The translations under genes were made by a program, and so were the position numbers. A DNA stretch of 64,000 nt from Enoplolaimus lenunculus (lineage: Eukaryota), in NCBI GenBank assembly GCA_030248215.1, contig JASANG010002859.1:124001-188000 (forward strand), read 5' to 3'. The notes under the pieces were generated by a model that made no database searches, had not been told where the DNA came from, and saw nothing but the letters and a program-made list of their open reading frames with translations. This document shows, one piece after another, positions 28,501 to 39,300 of this stretch (positions are counted from its first letter, which is position 1; each line of letters begins with the position of its first letter).

Positions 28501-31500
28501 AAAGTTGTTCAAAACAAGTTCGGTAAGCAAATAACCAGTTATGCAGGACTTTGGCGATACATCTCTAAGCTGGTTTGGCACCCTTAAATTGATTCTTCGA
28601 GTTGGATACTGGAAACCTCTTGTCCTAAGACATTATTTTACACTGCAAAAATTGGTGAGTCAAATTGACTCTCTCCGAAATAGGTTCTACGGGACTACAC
28701 AAACTGAGTCAAATTCGACTCCGCCAGAGTCAAACATGCGATTCGGTGAGTCGAATTTGACTCGGATTGTGTAGTCTAGTAGAGCCTATTTCGGAGATAG
28801 TCAATTTGACTCAACATTTTTTGCAGTGTAGTAGTGTTTAGCTCTTGAGTGGTGTATACGTGAATTACCTATTGCTTTTGGGCTTATCTGTGATAAGAAA
28901 TTAATTCTATGACATCGGTATTAAAATCAAACATATATTTTGAAGATTTCTAAGTAAGCTTACTTATACCAAGAGTGGATGATCACTCTAACAAGAGTGT
29001 GCAACTGCCGATATTTGTGTGGTACAAAATGTACCACCGGACGTTGCATTTTTGGCCGACCCCCCCTTGTTTAGAGGGGGTAGTTGATGTTTCAAATGTA
29101 GAATGCGTATGCTTTTAAATTTATAAATGGAGTTAGTTTACAACTGCATTTATTTCAACGTGTAAAATTGAAAAAATGTCAAACTTGACCCCCCCTTAAA
29201 TAAAGGGGTAGGCTAAAAACGCAACGCGTGCCGGATACATTCTTGTCTACACAGAATGTACCCAGTTACACACTCTTGTTATAAAGAGTGATCATTCACT
29301 CTTGCTTGTACATAAAACAAAATTAGTGTTATTCATTAAATTAAAGCTTGTCTGATTTACTAACTTTGTTTTATTTTAGTTCTAGACTTACTGTGATATC
29401 AGTTTATATTTTAGACGACCAAAATTTGCAACCGATTCGCTTAGTAGAGACTCGCTACGACGGCAGGGCCAAATCGCAACCTCCGACTAGTGTTCGCACA
29501 AAGTTTCCAGTTGAAAAGCAGCAACGACAGCAACAACAGCCGCAGCAAAAAGGTTTGGTCTATGATGAATTCGAGCGAAAATTAAACGTCGAAAGCTTCG
29601 CAAAGGCACCAGTGGCTTCCCAACCTGTAGGAGTGACTCTGACGAAGAATAATAGCACCGGAGAAGGTCAACATCGACCAGTGGGTCAAGTTCCACCGAT
29701 GTCCAGATGGCAAATTGAGCAGGCGCCGATCGAGACAAGAATTCGAGACGAAGTGAACGATTTGAAAGCGAGAGAAGACGAACTAAGGTAAAGGACTTTT
29801 TGTTGAATAAAACTTATGTTTTTTGATGCTTTTAAACTGGTTTAGACTTTGCTGAACAGCACAAATTACACACATACAACTATTAGCTCCATTCACACAT
29901 ACAAGTTTTTGCAGCGACAACTCACAGCTGAAACTTTCACGTGCAACTTTTGACAGAAGCACGTGCGTTCAAGTTTTACCACCAAGCGGTAATGGCAGCT
30001 GTAAGTTTTGTTGGAAAACCTACCACAAACCTTGCAGCTGCAAGTTGCAAACAACGGCTGCGAGTTCTCGCGACAAAAATCGTACGCGTGTGAATGGGGT
30101 TTCCCGCTTTCCGCTAAAATGTCCCGGCACCAAAATATTTGAAAAAAGAATTTTTTTGGAATTTCAATATTTTTATTTATAATGAAATGTTTTCAGCTGC
30201 AATCAATGCTGCTTCAGACAATAAAGTTCGGTCCTATTTCGAACTTAGTGATTTAGCACAAAATTTAGCTATTAAAAAACACAATGAACGGGTTTCTGAA
30301 ATCTTACTTAAGTATTTACTTGAGTTATACTTAAGTAATTGTTTATTAACCGACTTAAGTCAATATTTAACTTTTTATGCAATAACAAATAACTGCCAAA
30401 TGTGAGCCATTGTCATAACAAGAAACTAATAGGTTTAATTTATATTAACAAGGCGCTATGAGTCTACAATTTTAATTAAATCAAGGTTAGTATGCCTCAA
30501 CTGTTAAGCTGTTATATATGAAATTTGGTCAGCGACTCAAGTTCACGCTATCAAAAACCGTAGTTGACAACTGAATACGGTTTTAGCAGAGTATGCAGTC
30601 CTAGTTTCCGTCATGATTTCTTCGGAAGGTACGCGGTTATCCGTGAGACTTCAAAACTAAAGCTTTAGGCTAATTTTTTACTTAGATTTAGGCCTAGCTC
30701 TAGGCCAAGTTATAAGCCTATCCTAACGCTGAGGCTTTGGCCGAGGCTTTGGATTTAGGCTCTGGAATATGCTCATGCTACTGTTAAACCCCTCACAGTT
30801 ACATTTTCTTAAGCTTGTTTAGACGTCAACGAATTATCGACGTAACATCACCGCCTGAGTTCGATCCAGCGCCTGTCCAGTTGGAAGGAATCGATACGCA
30901 ACTTCAGGAAAGACCTATTGGACCGTTTAGGTACATGGCGCCAAATAAAACGCCAAAAGTTTACGGAAAGCAACCGGAAGCATTTATAAAACAACACGTA
31001 ACGCGCATCCAGACGGTAAGATTAATTTGTGTTAAATTCGATCCAGTGGCGGATCCTGGTTCTCAAAATCGGGGGCCCAAAATTTTACAGGTAATAAACT
31101 TATTTTTGACCCATACTGTAGTGACCCAAATAAGAGGTGGGGTCCCCATTTTGAGTTCCAATTAACAGAAGTCCGTATCCCTAATAAGAGTCCGTAAGCG
31201 GGTAGAGTCCTTAAACCCTTGTTAGAGTCCATAAATGTCTATTATCCCTAATTGTAGCGCATAAATGACTCCAGGGCCAAATATAGGTGAGTTCGAAACT
31301 TTAAAGCGTGCTTATACTATTGTGTATAAAACAGAGAAATAAACAGCGTAGGACAGCAATTGACACTATATAATTTTTGTCGAGATGCTGTTGGGGGGGC
31401 ACGGCTTGGGTTGCCCCCCATAGATCCGCCATTGATTCGATCAGACGTTCAACAAAACTGGTAATAAGATCAACTGTGATGTGGTTTGATATAATCAAGA

Positions 31501-32537
31501 GTGGATGATGCATGCTTCAACAAGAGCATGAAACTGGATACATTCTGTGTATAGGAACGAATGTACTCAACACGCATTGCGTTTTTGTCCTGCGTCTCCT
31601 TATACAGAGGGCGGTAAAACCTGTGCGAACCATGGTACATTATGCATTCGACATCAAAAATGCTCAGCTTATAGTTTAATTTAAGGTTATTGCATGTGAC
31701 AGCGACCACCCCTCTAAACAAGGGGGTCGGTAAAAACGCACCGCCAGGTGGTACATTTTGTATCATGCGGAATCCCAAGAGTTGCACAATCGGAATGTTC
31801 ATTTGAAAATACTTGAAGCTGGAAGTATTTCGTACAAGTAGTAGCTGCGAGTTCTCTCTACTGCAACAACTTTCACGTGTGAATGGGGCTTTACTTAAAC
31901 TGCTCGATGATATTTAAGGTCACTGCTGGATAGGCCAACCTCCCCTTGAGAATATTCTGAGCCATCGCTGCCTGACGTTATTCCGACGCTAAGTGTATGG
32001 ATGAGCCTATTCCTAAGCCTAAGCCTAAGCCTAAGCCTAAGCGAAACATTTAGTCTAAAGATTTAACTGACTCTATTACAGCCCTTCCGAAAAACGAACC
32101 GGCCCTGTTCTGTACATGGGCCCAAGGGTCGATAAGAACGCACTAATCAACGGTCCTGCATATACACACGTTGATGGGTCATAAACATTTATAAATACTT
32201 TCCCGCGATACTCCTAAAATGATTTGGCCAATGTATAGAACATGGTTGTAAATGTAGTGTAAGCTGTTCCTAAGCCTAAGCGTAAAGCGAGACCTAAGCG
32301 TAAACAATGACCTGATGCCTTCCCTAAGCACAAAAAATTAGTCAAACCCTTATACTTTACTTACTCTATTGCAGTTCCGCAGACAAAAACGTTCCGCCCC
32401 TGATTGTTGCATCGGCCACTGATTTAAACATCAAGCTTTGTTTCTACTTGATCATGTGAATTTTGTTGCAGCCATCTGTCAAGCCAGCCAGTCATTCTGT
32501 ACCTGCATCAATGATTTTTCATCAAGGTATGGCATAA
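1480..32537 (+). CDS. Gene A (multi-exon, 5'-incomplete): large low-complexity/poly-Q protein with AKAP2-C/MISP-like helices and repeated V-x-x-L-[RK]-x-x-F-E-like motifs; probable cytoskeletal scaffold
   Basis: Exons join in frame with GT-AG sites: 1480-1792, 4288-4560, 5040-5202, 9586-10571, 11943-12244 (or 12271), 12720-12867, 16621-16833, 17997-18080, 24712-26148, 26750-27259, 29415-29787, 30823-31015, 32472-32537. Intron phases (1,1,2,1,0,1,1,1,1,1,2,0) match at every junction. Function is inferred. Confidence 0.75.
4288..4560 (+). CDS. Gene A exon (TEQQFSST...PLYRT)
   Basis: TTTCAG acceptor, CAG|GTAAAT donor, phase 1-1, ORF 4242..4577. Confidence 0.75.
5040..5202 (+). CDS. Gene A exon (SSGSDIAEKSVKDKIKVFASK...)
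   Basis: Polypyrimidine tract plus TTCTAG acceptor, GG|GTAAGT donor, phase 1-2. Confidence 0.75.
6901..7103. mobile_element. GGCC-ended MITE carrying (GCCTAA)n telomeric repeats, 8-bp TSD; representative of about 25 copies
   Basis: TIR GGCC(C/A)ATGTATAGAACAG; TSD AGACCAAC. Copies at about 17-209, 218-405, 5246-5428, 7365-7562, 8167-8379, 8751-8909, 10632-10919, 12470-12662, 13892-14196, 14402-14593, 21109-21265, 21850-22045, 32226-32417, 35055-35157, 38855-39089, 42795-42942, 44177-44360, 47063-47210, 49205-49378, 50575-50762, 60184-60375. Confidence 0.9.
9586..10571 (+). CDS. Gene A large exon (SNITQKDVYSAP...DDYRPA)
   Basis: TTTCAG acceptor in phase 2 matches the preceding donor; ORF 9674..10609; CAG|GTAAGG donor. 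Confidence 0.85.
11943..12244 (+). CDS. Gene A exon (VPRRSSSLHSS...LMDLAEELMDKQQQKMKGTSR); 3' end 12244 or 12271
   Basis: TTTTAG acceptor, ORF 11930..12286, two candidate phase-0 donors (GTACGT, GTAAAA). Confidence 0.7.
12720..12867 (+). CDS. Gene A exon (DESEQWRSKNIETIQ...GVRQLKQGFEARHQHAAN)
   Basis: ATTAG acceptor, A|GTAAGC donor, open frame, paralogous to exon 39150-39300. Confidence 0.75.
15009..15373. mobile_element. ~365-bp TTAAG-rich MITE with GGCTGGGTTTCTGAAA TIR and 3-bp ATT TSD (PIF/Harbinger-group-like)
   Basis: TIRs flanked by ATT on both sides; copies at about 11501-11867, 17424-17786, 39333-39640, 39644-40013, partial 30288-30540. Confidence 0.8.
16621..16833 (+). CDS. Gene A exon (YEKPKQRSVSSFSTME...SESVK)
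   Basis: TTTTAG acceptor, AAG|GTTGGT donor in phase 1, ORF 16566..16841. Confidence 0.7.
17033..17242. mobile_element. ~200-bp near-palindromic MITE with CACTGCAAAAA...TTTTTGCAGTG termini (CMC-EnSpm-like family 2)
   Basis: Long TIRs with GAGTCAAATT/GACTC subrepeats, TA flanks; copies at 26350-26547, 28641-28828, 58122-58340. Confidence 0.85.
17997..18080 (+). CDS. Gene A 84-nt exon (ANDLPAHSMVTLLRQTFERGSLNRKQK)
   Basis: TTTTAG acceptor, A|GTAAGT donor, phase 1-1, same size and motif as block B short exons. Confidence 0.75.
18124..19745. repeat. 55-bp tandem satellite interrupted by two fold-back MITE derivatives
   Basis: Unit TAAACACAGTTTAAGCGTACTCCTTTAAGGTAGATTAAAG(T/G)GGAAATTTCATTGA; inserts at 18591-18919 and 18992-19320. 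Confidence 0.95.
24712..26148 (+). CDS. Gene A large poly-Q exon
   Basis: TTTCAG acceptor, G|GTATGT donor, ORF 24639..26201; Q28 tract at 25464-25547. Confidence 0.85.
25464..25547 (+). repeat. Coding CAA microsatellite (Q28)
   Basis: CAA CAG (CAA)26 in frame within exon 24712-26148. Confidence 0.95.
26750..27259 (+). CDS. Gene A exon with AKAP2-C/MISP-like helix ESLIAYEIRIAREREAELKRSR
   Basis: TTTCAG acceptor, CAG|GTAAGT donor, ORF 26698..27267. Confidence 0.85.
27568..27985. mobile_element. CAGGG...CCCTG MITE with CCGGAA/TCGGAA subterminal repeats (hAT-like)
   Basis: Short TIR and tandem CGGAAT/CCGGAG motifs at both ends; related elements at about 6360-6741, 16050-16407, 54400-54789, 36790-37320. 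Confidence 0.65.
28971..29305. mobile_element. ~330-bp CAAGAGTG-ended inverted-repeat element
   Basis: TIR CAAGAGTG(G/A)ATGATCACTCT; copies at about 19785-20083, 31496-31790, 51017-51330. Confidence 0.7.
29415..29787 (+). CDS. Gene A exon ending in second helix IETRIRDEVNDLKAREDELR
   Basis: TTTTAG acceptor, AG|GTAAAG donor in phase 2, ORF 29348..29791. Confidence 0.8.
30823..31015 (+). CDS. Gene A exon (RQRIIDVTSPPEFDPAP...RIQT)
   Basis: TTTAG acceptor in phase 2 completes ELR-R-RQR; ACG|GTAAGA donor. Confidence 0.8.
31044..31434. mobile_element. CAGTGGCGGATC...GATCCGCCATTG MITE with 8-bp TSD (hAT-like), containing a nested fragment of another family
   Basis: TSD ATTCGATC on both sides; shorter copies at 58882-59055 (TSD TCCATCTA/G) and 36971-37218; partial at 37690-37765. 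Confidence 0.8.
32472..32537 (+). CDS. Candidate terminal exon of gene A (PSVKPASHSVPASMIFHQGMA*); internal donor possible after 32526
   Basis: TTGCAG acceptor in phase 0, in-frame TAA; CAAG|GTATGG could instead splice onward. Confidence 0.5.
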   Translation, partial: PSVKPASHSVPASMIFHQGMA

Positions 32538-35500
32538 AGACTAAGCGCATTACATGAAGAATTGGTTAAATTTACTGCAAATTCACAGTTTGATTATGTC
32601 ACTGTGTTATACAATTGATACTGAGCAAGCAATATACTTGCAGAATTGTTTTCCATTAGTGCATTCACTGTAAATTCCAATGAGTTGTTTAACCAATTCA
32701 GCTAGCGAGTTAGTTATTTCTGAATTGATACCGGTATCCATTAACTCACTCTGAGTTGAGCTTATTCTCACTCTGAGTTGAGTTGACTCTGGGCGAGTTG
32801 ATTAATTAACTCAGAATGATTTGAATAAACTCAAAATGTTGAGTTCTGATAGTCCTAACTCAGACTGAGTGATTGAACTCATTCTGAGTTAAAATCAACT
32901 CACTGAAATTTACAGTGTTCAATATGGGTGCCTCAGTGAACGCGATGATTTTATGTTCTGAATGTAATGTAGCGAAGATTCTTCTTACCACAGTTGAAAA
33001 CATACGTTATTATACATTTTACCGTTCCAAAGTGACTTAAAGCTTGTACTTACGTTTAGAACAAAAAATGGAGTTTTAAACATTACCTTTCAATAGGGAA
33101 ATAGTCTAAAATTTCAAGTGAACCTAAGTACAGTTTGTATTACAACAATTGTTGTATATTTAAGTTTAATCCAACGCTGTAAATTTCAGTGAGTTGATTT
33201 TAACTCGGAATGAGTTGAATCATTCAGTCTGAGTTAGTACTATCAGAACTCACAAATTTTACTTGATTCAATTCATTCTGATTTTAATCACATTGCCCCG
33301 GAGTCAACTCAACTCAACAGTGATAATCAAGTCAACTCAGAGTGGGTTAAAGTTACTGTTATTAACTCAGAAATGCGAACTTTCCGTCTGAGTTGATTAA
33401 TGAACTCATTGGAATTTACAGTGAAGCAAGCTAACTACAAAATCGGCACTTGACAAACAACAGCTTACAATAGTACTTCGAATCGATTTTTACATTGAAA
33501 TTTCCTGATTTGGTAGAATTGTTCAATTTATAATTATTTTACACATCTTATGTACACTGTAAATTGCAGTGAGCTAATTAAGCAACTCAGACGGTAAGTC
33601 AGTTATTTCTGAGTTAATAACAGTAAACTTTGACTCGCTCTGAGTTGAGTTGATTCTCACTATATGTTGAGTTGACTCCGGCGGGAGGTGATGTACTAAA
33701 TTAGAATAAGTTGAATAAACTCACATATGTGAGTTCTGATAGTCCTAACTCAGACTGAGTGATTCAACTCATTCTGAGTTAAAATCAACTCGCTGGTATT
33801 TACAGTGTAGACGTTGGCCAAAATTTGACTGCTCATGTAAACTAAAAATTGTGTCGATTTGACGTAAGTACAACTAGCTCATTAGTTGAGTTGATTAATC
33901 AACTCATTACAATTTACAGTGTGGTTTCAGCACCATTGATTATTTCAGTAAAAACGAATAATTGTTCATTAAATCATTTGATTCAAGTCAAAGCTATACT
34001 TAAGCAAATACTTGGCCCGTATTCTCAAATGTGTGTAGCACTTGTTGGTGATAGGTCATGTAACTTTCAAACCAGTAAATGCTGACGCTCAAAATTCATC
34101 ACATATTTTGCATACGTTTTTCTCTACTTTTTTGCCTATTGTGGGTGCAATACCCGCGATAGTTAGTGAGTTTGAAAACCTATTACAAGTTGTCGATAGT
34201 TGCTATACACATTTGAGAATATGGGCCCTTACCTTAAGATTAGACTTTAAGTTATATCTGTGCAACCAAGGCGGTTTTTTATTTGTTTCTGTTTCTTGTT
34301 ATTATTATTGTGTGTTTGCTGACAAAATTATTCATTTCTTTTTAAACATTTACTACGCTTCATCGTGATTCTTAAAAGTGCATAAACTTACAGTGTCACA
34401 ATTACTGAATTTAAAACTTCTTAAAACAAGGGCCCATATTCTCAGTCACTGTAAATTCCAATGAGTTGATTAATCAATTCAGCTAGCGAGTTGGTTATTT
34501 CTGAATTAATATCAGTAAACATTAATTCACTGTGAGTTGAATTGTTTCTCACTCTGAGTTGAATTGACTCTGGATAAGTTGTTTAATTAACTCAGAATGA
34601 ATTGAACCAACTCAAAATTCGAAGTTCTGATAGTTCTAACTCAGACTGAGTGATTCAACTCATTAGGAATTATAATCAATTCACTGGGATTTACTGTGTA
34701 ACATCATTCATCAGTTGGTAATAGGTTTTCAAACTCACAAACTGTTGCGATTGCAAATCTCAAAATTTTGCACAGGAATAGGATAAATGAAACTTGAGAA
34801 CTGTGATGAATTTCTTAGCTCTCCGTTCAGTGATTCGATAATTCCAAGACAAATCACCAACTGGTGGTAGGTGCTATACACATTTGAGAATACGGTCAAA
34901 GGTTGTGATGGTAAAACAGCAAGTTGTAAAGTGACTACTTAAATTTAAACAACTATTCAAATGAACGAATTGAAATATCAGGCAACTCGTATGGTTCGTT
35001 AATAGCCTTATAGGTTCATAGTAACAGCGAAATTTGGTATTTTATTCAAACCAAGGTCAATGTATAGAACAAGGCCGTAATAGTAGTATAAGCATTAAGC
35101 TTACTCTAATACAGTCCCACAGAAAAATGTTCCGCCCGTGAAATCTTGTCAAGGGCCAAAACAAGGCACCCTGCGACCCAGATTTGTTTTCAAAATTCAT
35201 ACAAGTTTGGTTATATATCGTTTAAGACCAGTATTCCGCTGATAGTAAAGCACAAAAAGTTTTAGCGAATTTTATTCTTATATTGATTTTATCCAAATCG
35301 CAATAGCAACAAATGGAACTGGAAGCGTCTATTCTCCATTTCTATGCGGATTCTGTCTATCCTTACTGACCAAAGATTTGTCGACAGCAGTAAAAGAATT
35401 CTATAATTTGTAATAGTTTCTTGTCTTCTCGATACATGTGTTCGATTAAAACTGAACTCACTCTCAGTACAGTAAACGTCACTGGAAGACAGGTACACTG

Positions 35501-38500
35501 TAAATCCCAGTGAGTTGATTTTAATTCAGGACGAGTTGAATCACTCAGTCAGAGTTATGACTTTCTCAACTCAGGATTCGGAGTCAATAAAATTCACTCT
35601 GATTTAGTTATTCAACTCACTCAGAATCAACTGAACTCAGAGAGGGAATCGACTCAACTTGAAGTGAGTTAATGTTTGCTGTTATTAACTCAGAAATAAC
35701 TAACTTTTTAGCTGAGTTGATTAATCAACTCATTGAAATTTACAGTTGTATATTTAGTATATTTTGCAATATAAGCATAAGAAAATCAGCAAAAAATCGC
35801 TCAAACTTTCGTAATTTTTGTTCTACATTTACGGAAGACGAGGAACGGTACACGTTTTCTGCGCAGGTCCCTTAGAGGGCTGAAAAGTGTATTGCGGGTT
35901 AGGGTTATGCACTGTAAATTTCAGTGAGTTGATTTTAACTCAGAATGAGTTGAATCACTCAGTGTGAGTTAGGACTATCAGAACTCAGAATTTTGAGTTG
36001 ATTCAGTTCATTCTGAGTTAATTAATCAACTCACCCAGAGTCAACTCAACTCATAGTAGAGAATCAACTCAACTCAGTGTGAGTTAATGCTTATTGTTAG
36101 TAACTCAGAAATAACTAACTCGCTGGCTGAGTTGATAAATCAACTCATTGGAATTTACAGGGTGTCCCACGTTCTAATACTTTGTTTAGGACCTTATCTA
36201 AAACGTTCAAGTGCCAGTCTCCTATATAACTGAGTGCGGTGAAGTCCTGTTTGATAGCGGATATGAAAATATAAATAAAATATTCATTCGGGAAACAGTT
36301 AACGATCAAAAGAATTTTAAAGTCTTTTATAGTATTTATCAGGATGCGTTTTGAACATATATACACTGTAAATTTCAGTGAGTTGATTTTAACTCAGAAT
36401 GAGTTGAATCATTCAGTCTGAGTTAGGACTATTAGAACTCAGAAGTTTTAGTTGATTCAATTCATTCTCTATTATAAATTAATCAACTCACACAGAGTCA
36501 ACTCAACTCAGCGTGAGAATCAACTCAACAGAGAGTGAGTTAACGTTTACTGATATTAATTTAGAAATAACCAACTTGCTAGCTGAATTGATTAATCAAC
36601 TCATTGGAATTTACAGTGTACATATATATACACATATATCTCAACGTTTAGCCGTAAAACTAAAAGCAGCCAAACGTCAAGTTTATTAGACTATTATTTA
36701 CTTATTACGGTGTATTGGGACATCAAAGCGTAGTTTTGCGTCCATCAGCGGCCTAAAACAATATGTTTTTGAGCCGTATAGGTACAGCGCACGAACATCC
36801 GGAGGTGAAAAATCCCGGAGCCGGAAGTCGTCGAAACTTGCCGGAGCCAGAGGTGAAACCGGAAATGAGGTGAAACTAAGTACTTAAAATGAGGTTTAAT
36901 TGGCTAATTTTAGCAAATCTCTGTAAAGCGTTGTTAAACTTTGTGATTTCACGCTTATGTTTTAGACAATCAATGGCGGATCCGTTTGGGGGCCTCCCTG
37001 GCCGTGCCCCCCCAAAAGCATCTCGACAAAAATTATATAGAGTGTCAATTGCTGTTCTACGCTGTTTATTTCTTTGTTTTATACACAATAGTATAAGCAG
37101 CTTATAATAAGCCCCGTCTTATTTCCCTCCCATTTGGGACACTACAGTATGTGTCAAAAATAAGTTTATTACCTGTGAAATTTTGGCCCCCCATTTTGAG
37201 ATCCTGGATCCGCCACTGTACACTATCTTGTGATTTGTTCCTTGGTGCCTCCGACAAAAATTGTACCGTATCCGGAGGTCAATTTTCTGTCGACGCTGGA
37301 GCGGCAGACCTCCGACGGTATTTTGGAGCATAGGTAACTTTATCAAGTATCAGTATAGCATCAATAAGCAATCATTAGATTCACCAGTAGGCGTTTGTTT
37401 GCCAAGTGTCACCTAAGGCCGCTCGATTTCAGCTTTGCTCTGTCTTGGACGTGGAAGAATGTTATATGTGTAATCAAAGAATTGATAACGTTACTTAACA
37501 ACAGATTGTTTGTTCAACGGAAAATGCTTAACATCTTTGCTTTATTGCTCAAGCGCCATTGTAACTGGCGTTTTAACGTGTAACACCCTTAATCACTGCT
37601 GGGTTTAGAAATTTAGTTAAATATACAGTCTCCGCAATGTCAATTGGACGAACGTATAGAAGTCAATTTTATGGCAATAGTTCGTGGTTTGTGTGTGGGT
37701 CAAAAATAAGTTTATTACCTATGAAACTTTGGCCCCCCCATTGTGAGATCCTGGATCCGCCACTGAGTCTCCGGCTTGACTGCACCTAACATTTTGCCTG
37801 CGGCGCTATTTACATTACATCTATATATTTCTGACATTTTGCGGCAATGACTCCTTACTCAGTCTGAAACTGTTGGCACAACTCGTAGCTATCGCAAACA
37901 TACAAAACTTAAAACTAAACTAACTTCATTTATGTTGAACGTAGCTATAAAATTTTTACTTTTCAAAGTTCTCGTTGATTGGTGAGAAAATCTAAGATGA
38001 TTTACTCGGATTACATTAGTGTTTCTTTCATTATTGTCAAAAAATATTTATATACACTCCAGTGAAATATTTCACTATTTTTTCTAAAAGGCAATTAAAC
38101 CCAGATCATGCAAAGCACTTTATCTCCTAATATAAGTCCGTAAGCGGGTAGAGTCCCGAAATCCTAATTAGAGTCCATGAAGGTGAATTATTTCTAATGG
38201 TAGTGCATAAATGATCGCTCATGCTATTGACGCAAGACAAATAAACGTTTAATTTAACGGATAGTTGCAGTACCGAATATATATCAGTAACGAAGGGTGG
38301 CGGAGCGTGGGTTAAAAATCAATAGCAGTGCATAACCGAGTAACAAGGTTGGCACCCTCTGGAGAGGTCAAATAAAAATCAGTCTCCTCTCTTATTCGGG
38401 TCACTTCACTACAGTGTGCGGAAAAAGTTCAATTCTTACAGTAAAACGGTGTTAATTGCACAAAAATAATCCGAAACTTGAGCCTTTTTATTTTTAAGCT

Positions 38501-39149
38501 ATCACTGTTTTTAAGCTTATGTTTGGGTGAACCAAACGTCAAGTTACAGGCAGTTACTTCTTGCGGTACGAGCAGACGATCTGGCTGACGTATATGTAAA
38601 TGAGATGGTTGCTATCGAACAGGTACACAGCGTAGAAAATTTGCCCGTTTTGAACCAACATGACCCAATACATTACAGTTTTTTTGAACCTCAAAATCTT
38701 ACAATTGCTATTGTATGCATGCAGCTGGTTTCTGGATCCTCGTAACTCAGTAACTAAACGTTTGGTTAAAACTGAAAATAGATTTCTCAACTCTAATTTT
38801 TATCTAGTTTATAACTGTAGTTATTGGTCAAAAGTTCTCTGGCTAACCTAATATGGCCCATGTATAGAACAGGGCACGAACAGTAGTATATGCATATTCC
38901 GGTTCCTAAGCCTAAGCCTAAGCCTTAGCCTAAGCCTAAGCCTAAACCTAAGCCTAAGCGTCAGGATGAGCCTATTCCTAAGCCTAAGCCTAAGCGTAAG
39001 CAAAACAAACAAAGTAAGTCTAAAGCTCAAACAGGACACTATTACAGCCCTGCCGGAAAACGATCAGGCCCTGTTCTATACGTGGGGCCCTAATCTGATA
39101 GTAGGCCACTTTATGACACCTAAAACCAAGGCGTACACAAGGGTTTTAG

Positions 39150-39300
39150 GATGCAAGCGAGCAATGGCGATCAAGAATAGTAAAACTTCTTCAAGACAAA
39201 CAATCCAAGACAACCACAAGTGATGCAAGCGCATTGTGCTCCACAAGCGAAGTTCGTAAATTGAAAGAATTTTTTGAAGCATGGCAACAAGGTTTAAATG
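39150..39300 (+). CDS. Block B exon (DASEQWRSRIVK...EVRKLKEFFEAWQQGLN)
   Basis: TTTTAG acceptor, G|GTAGGC donor; similar to 12720-12867. Confidence 0.7.
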
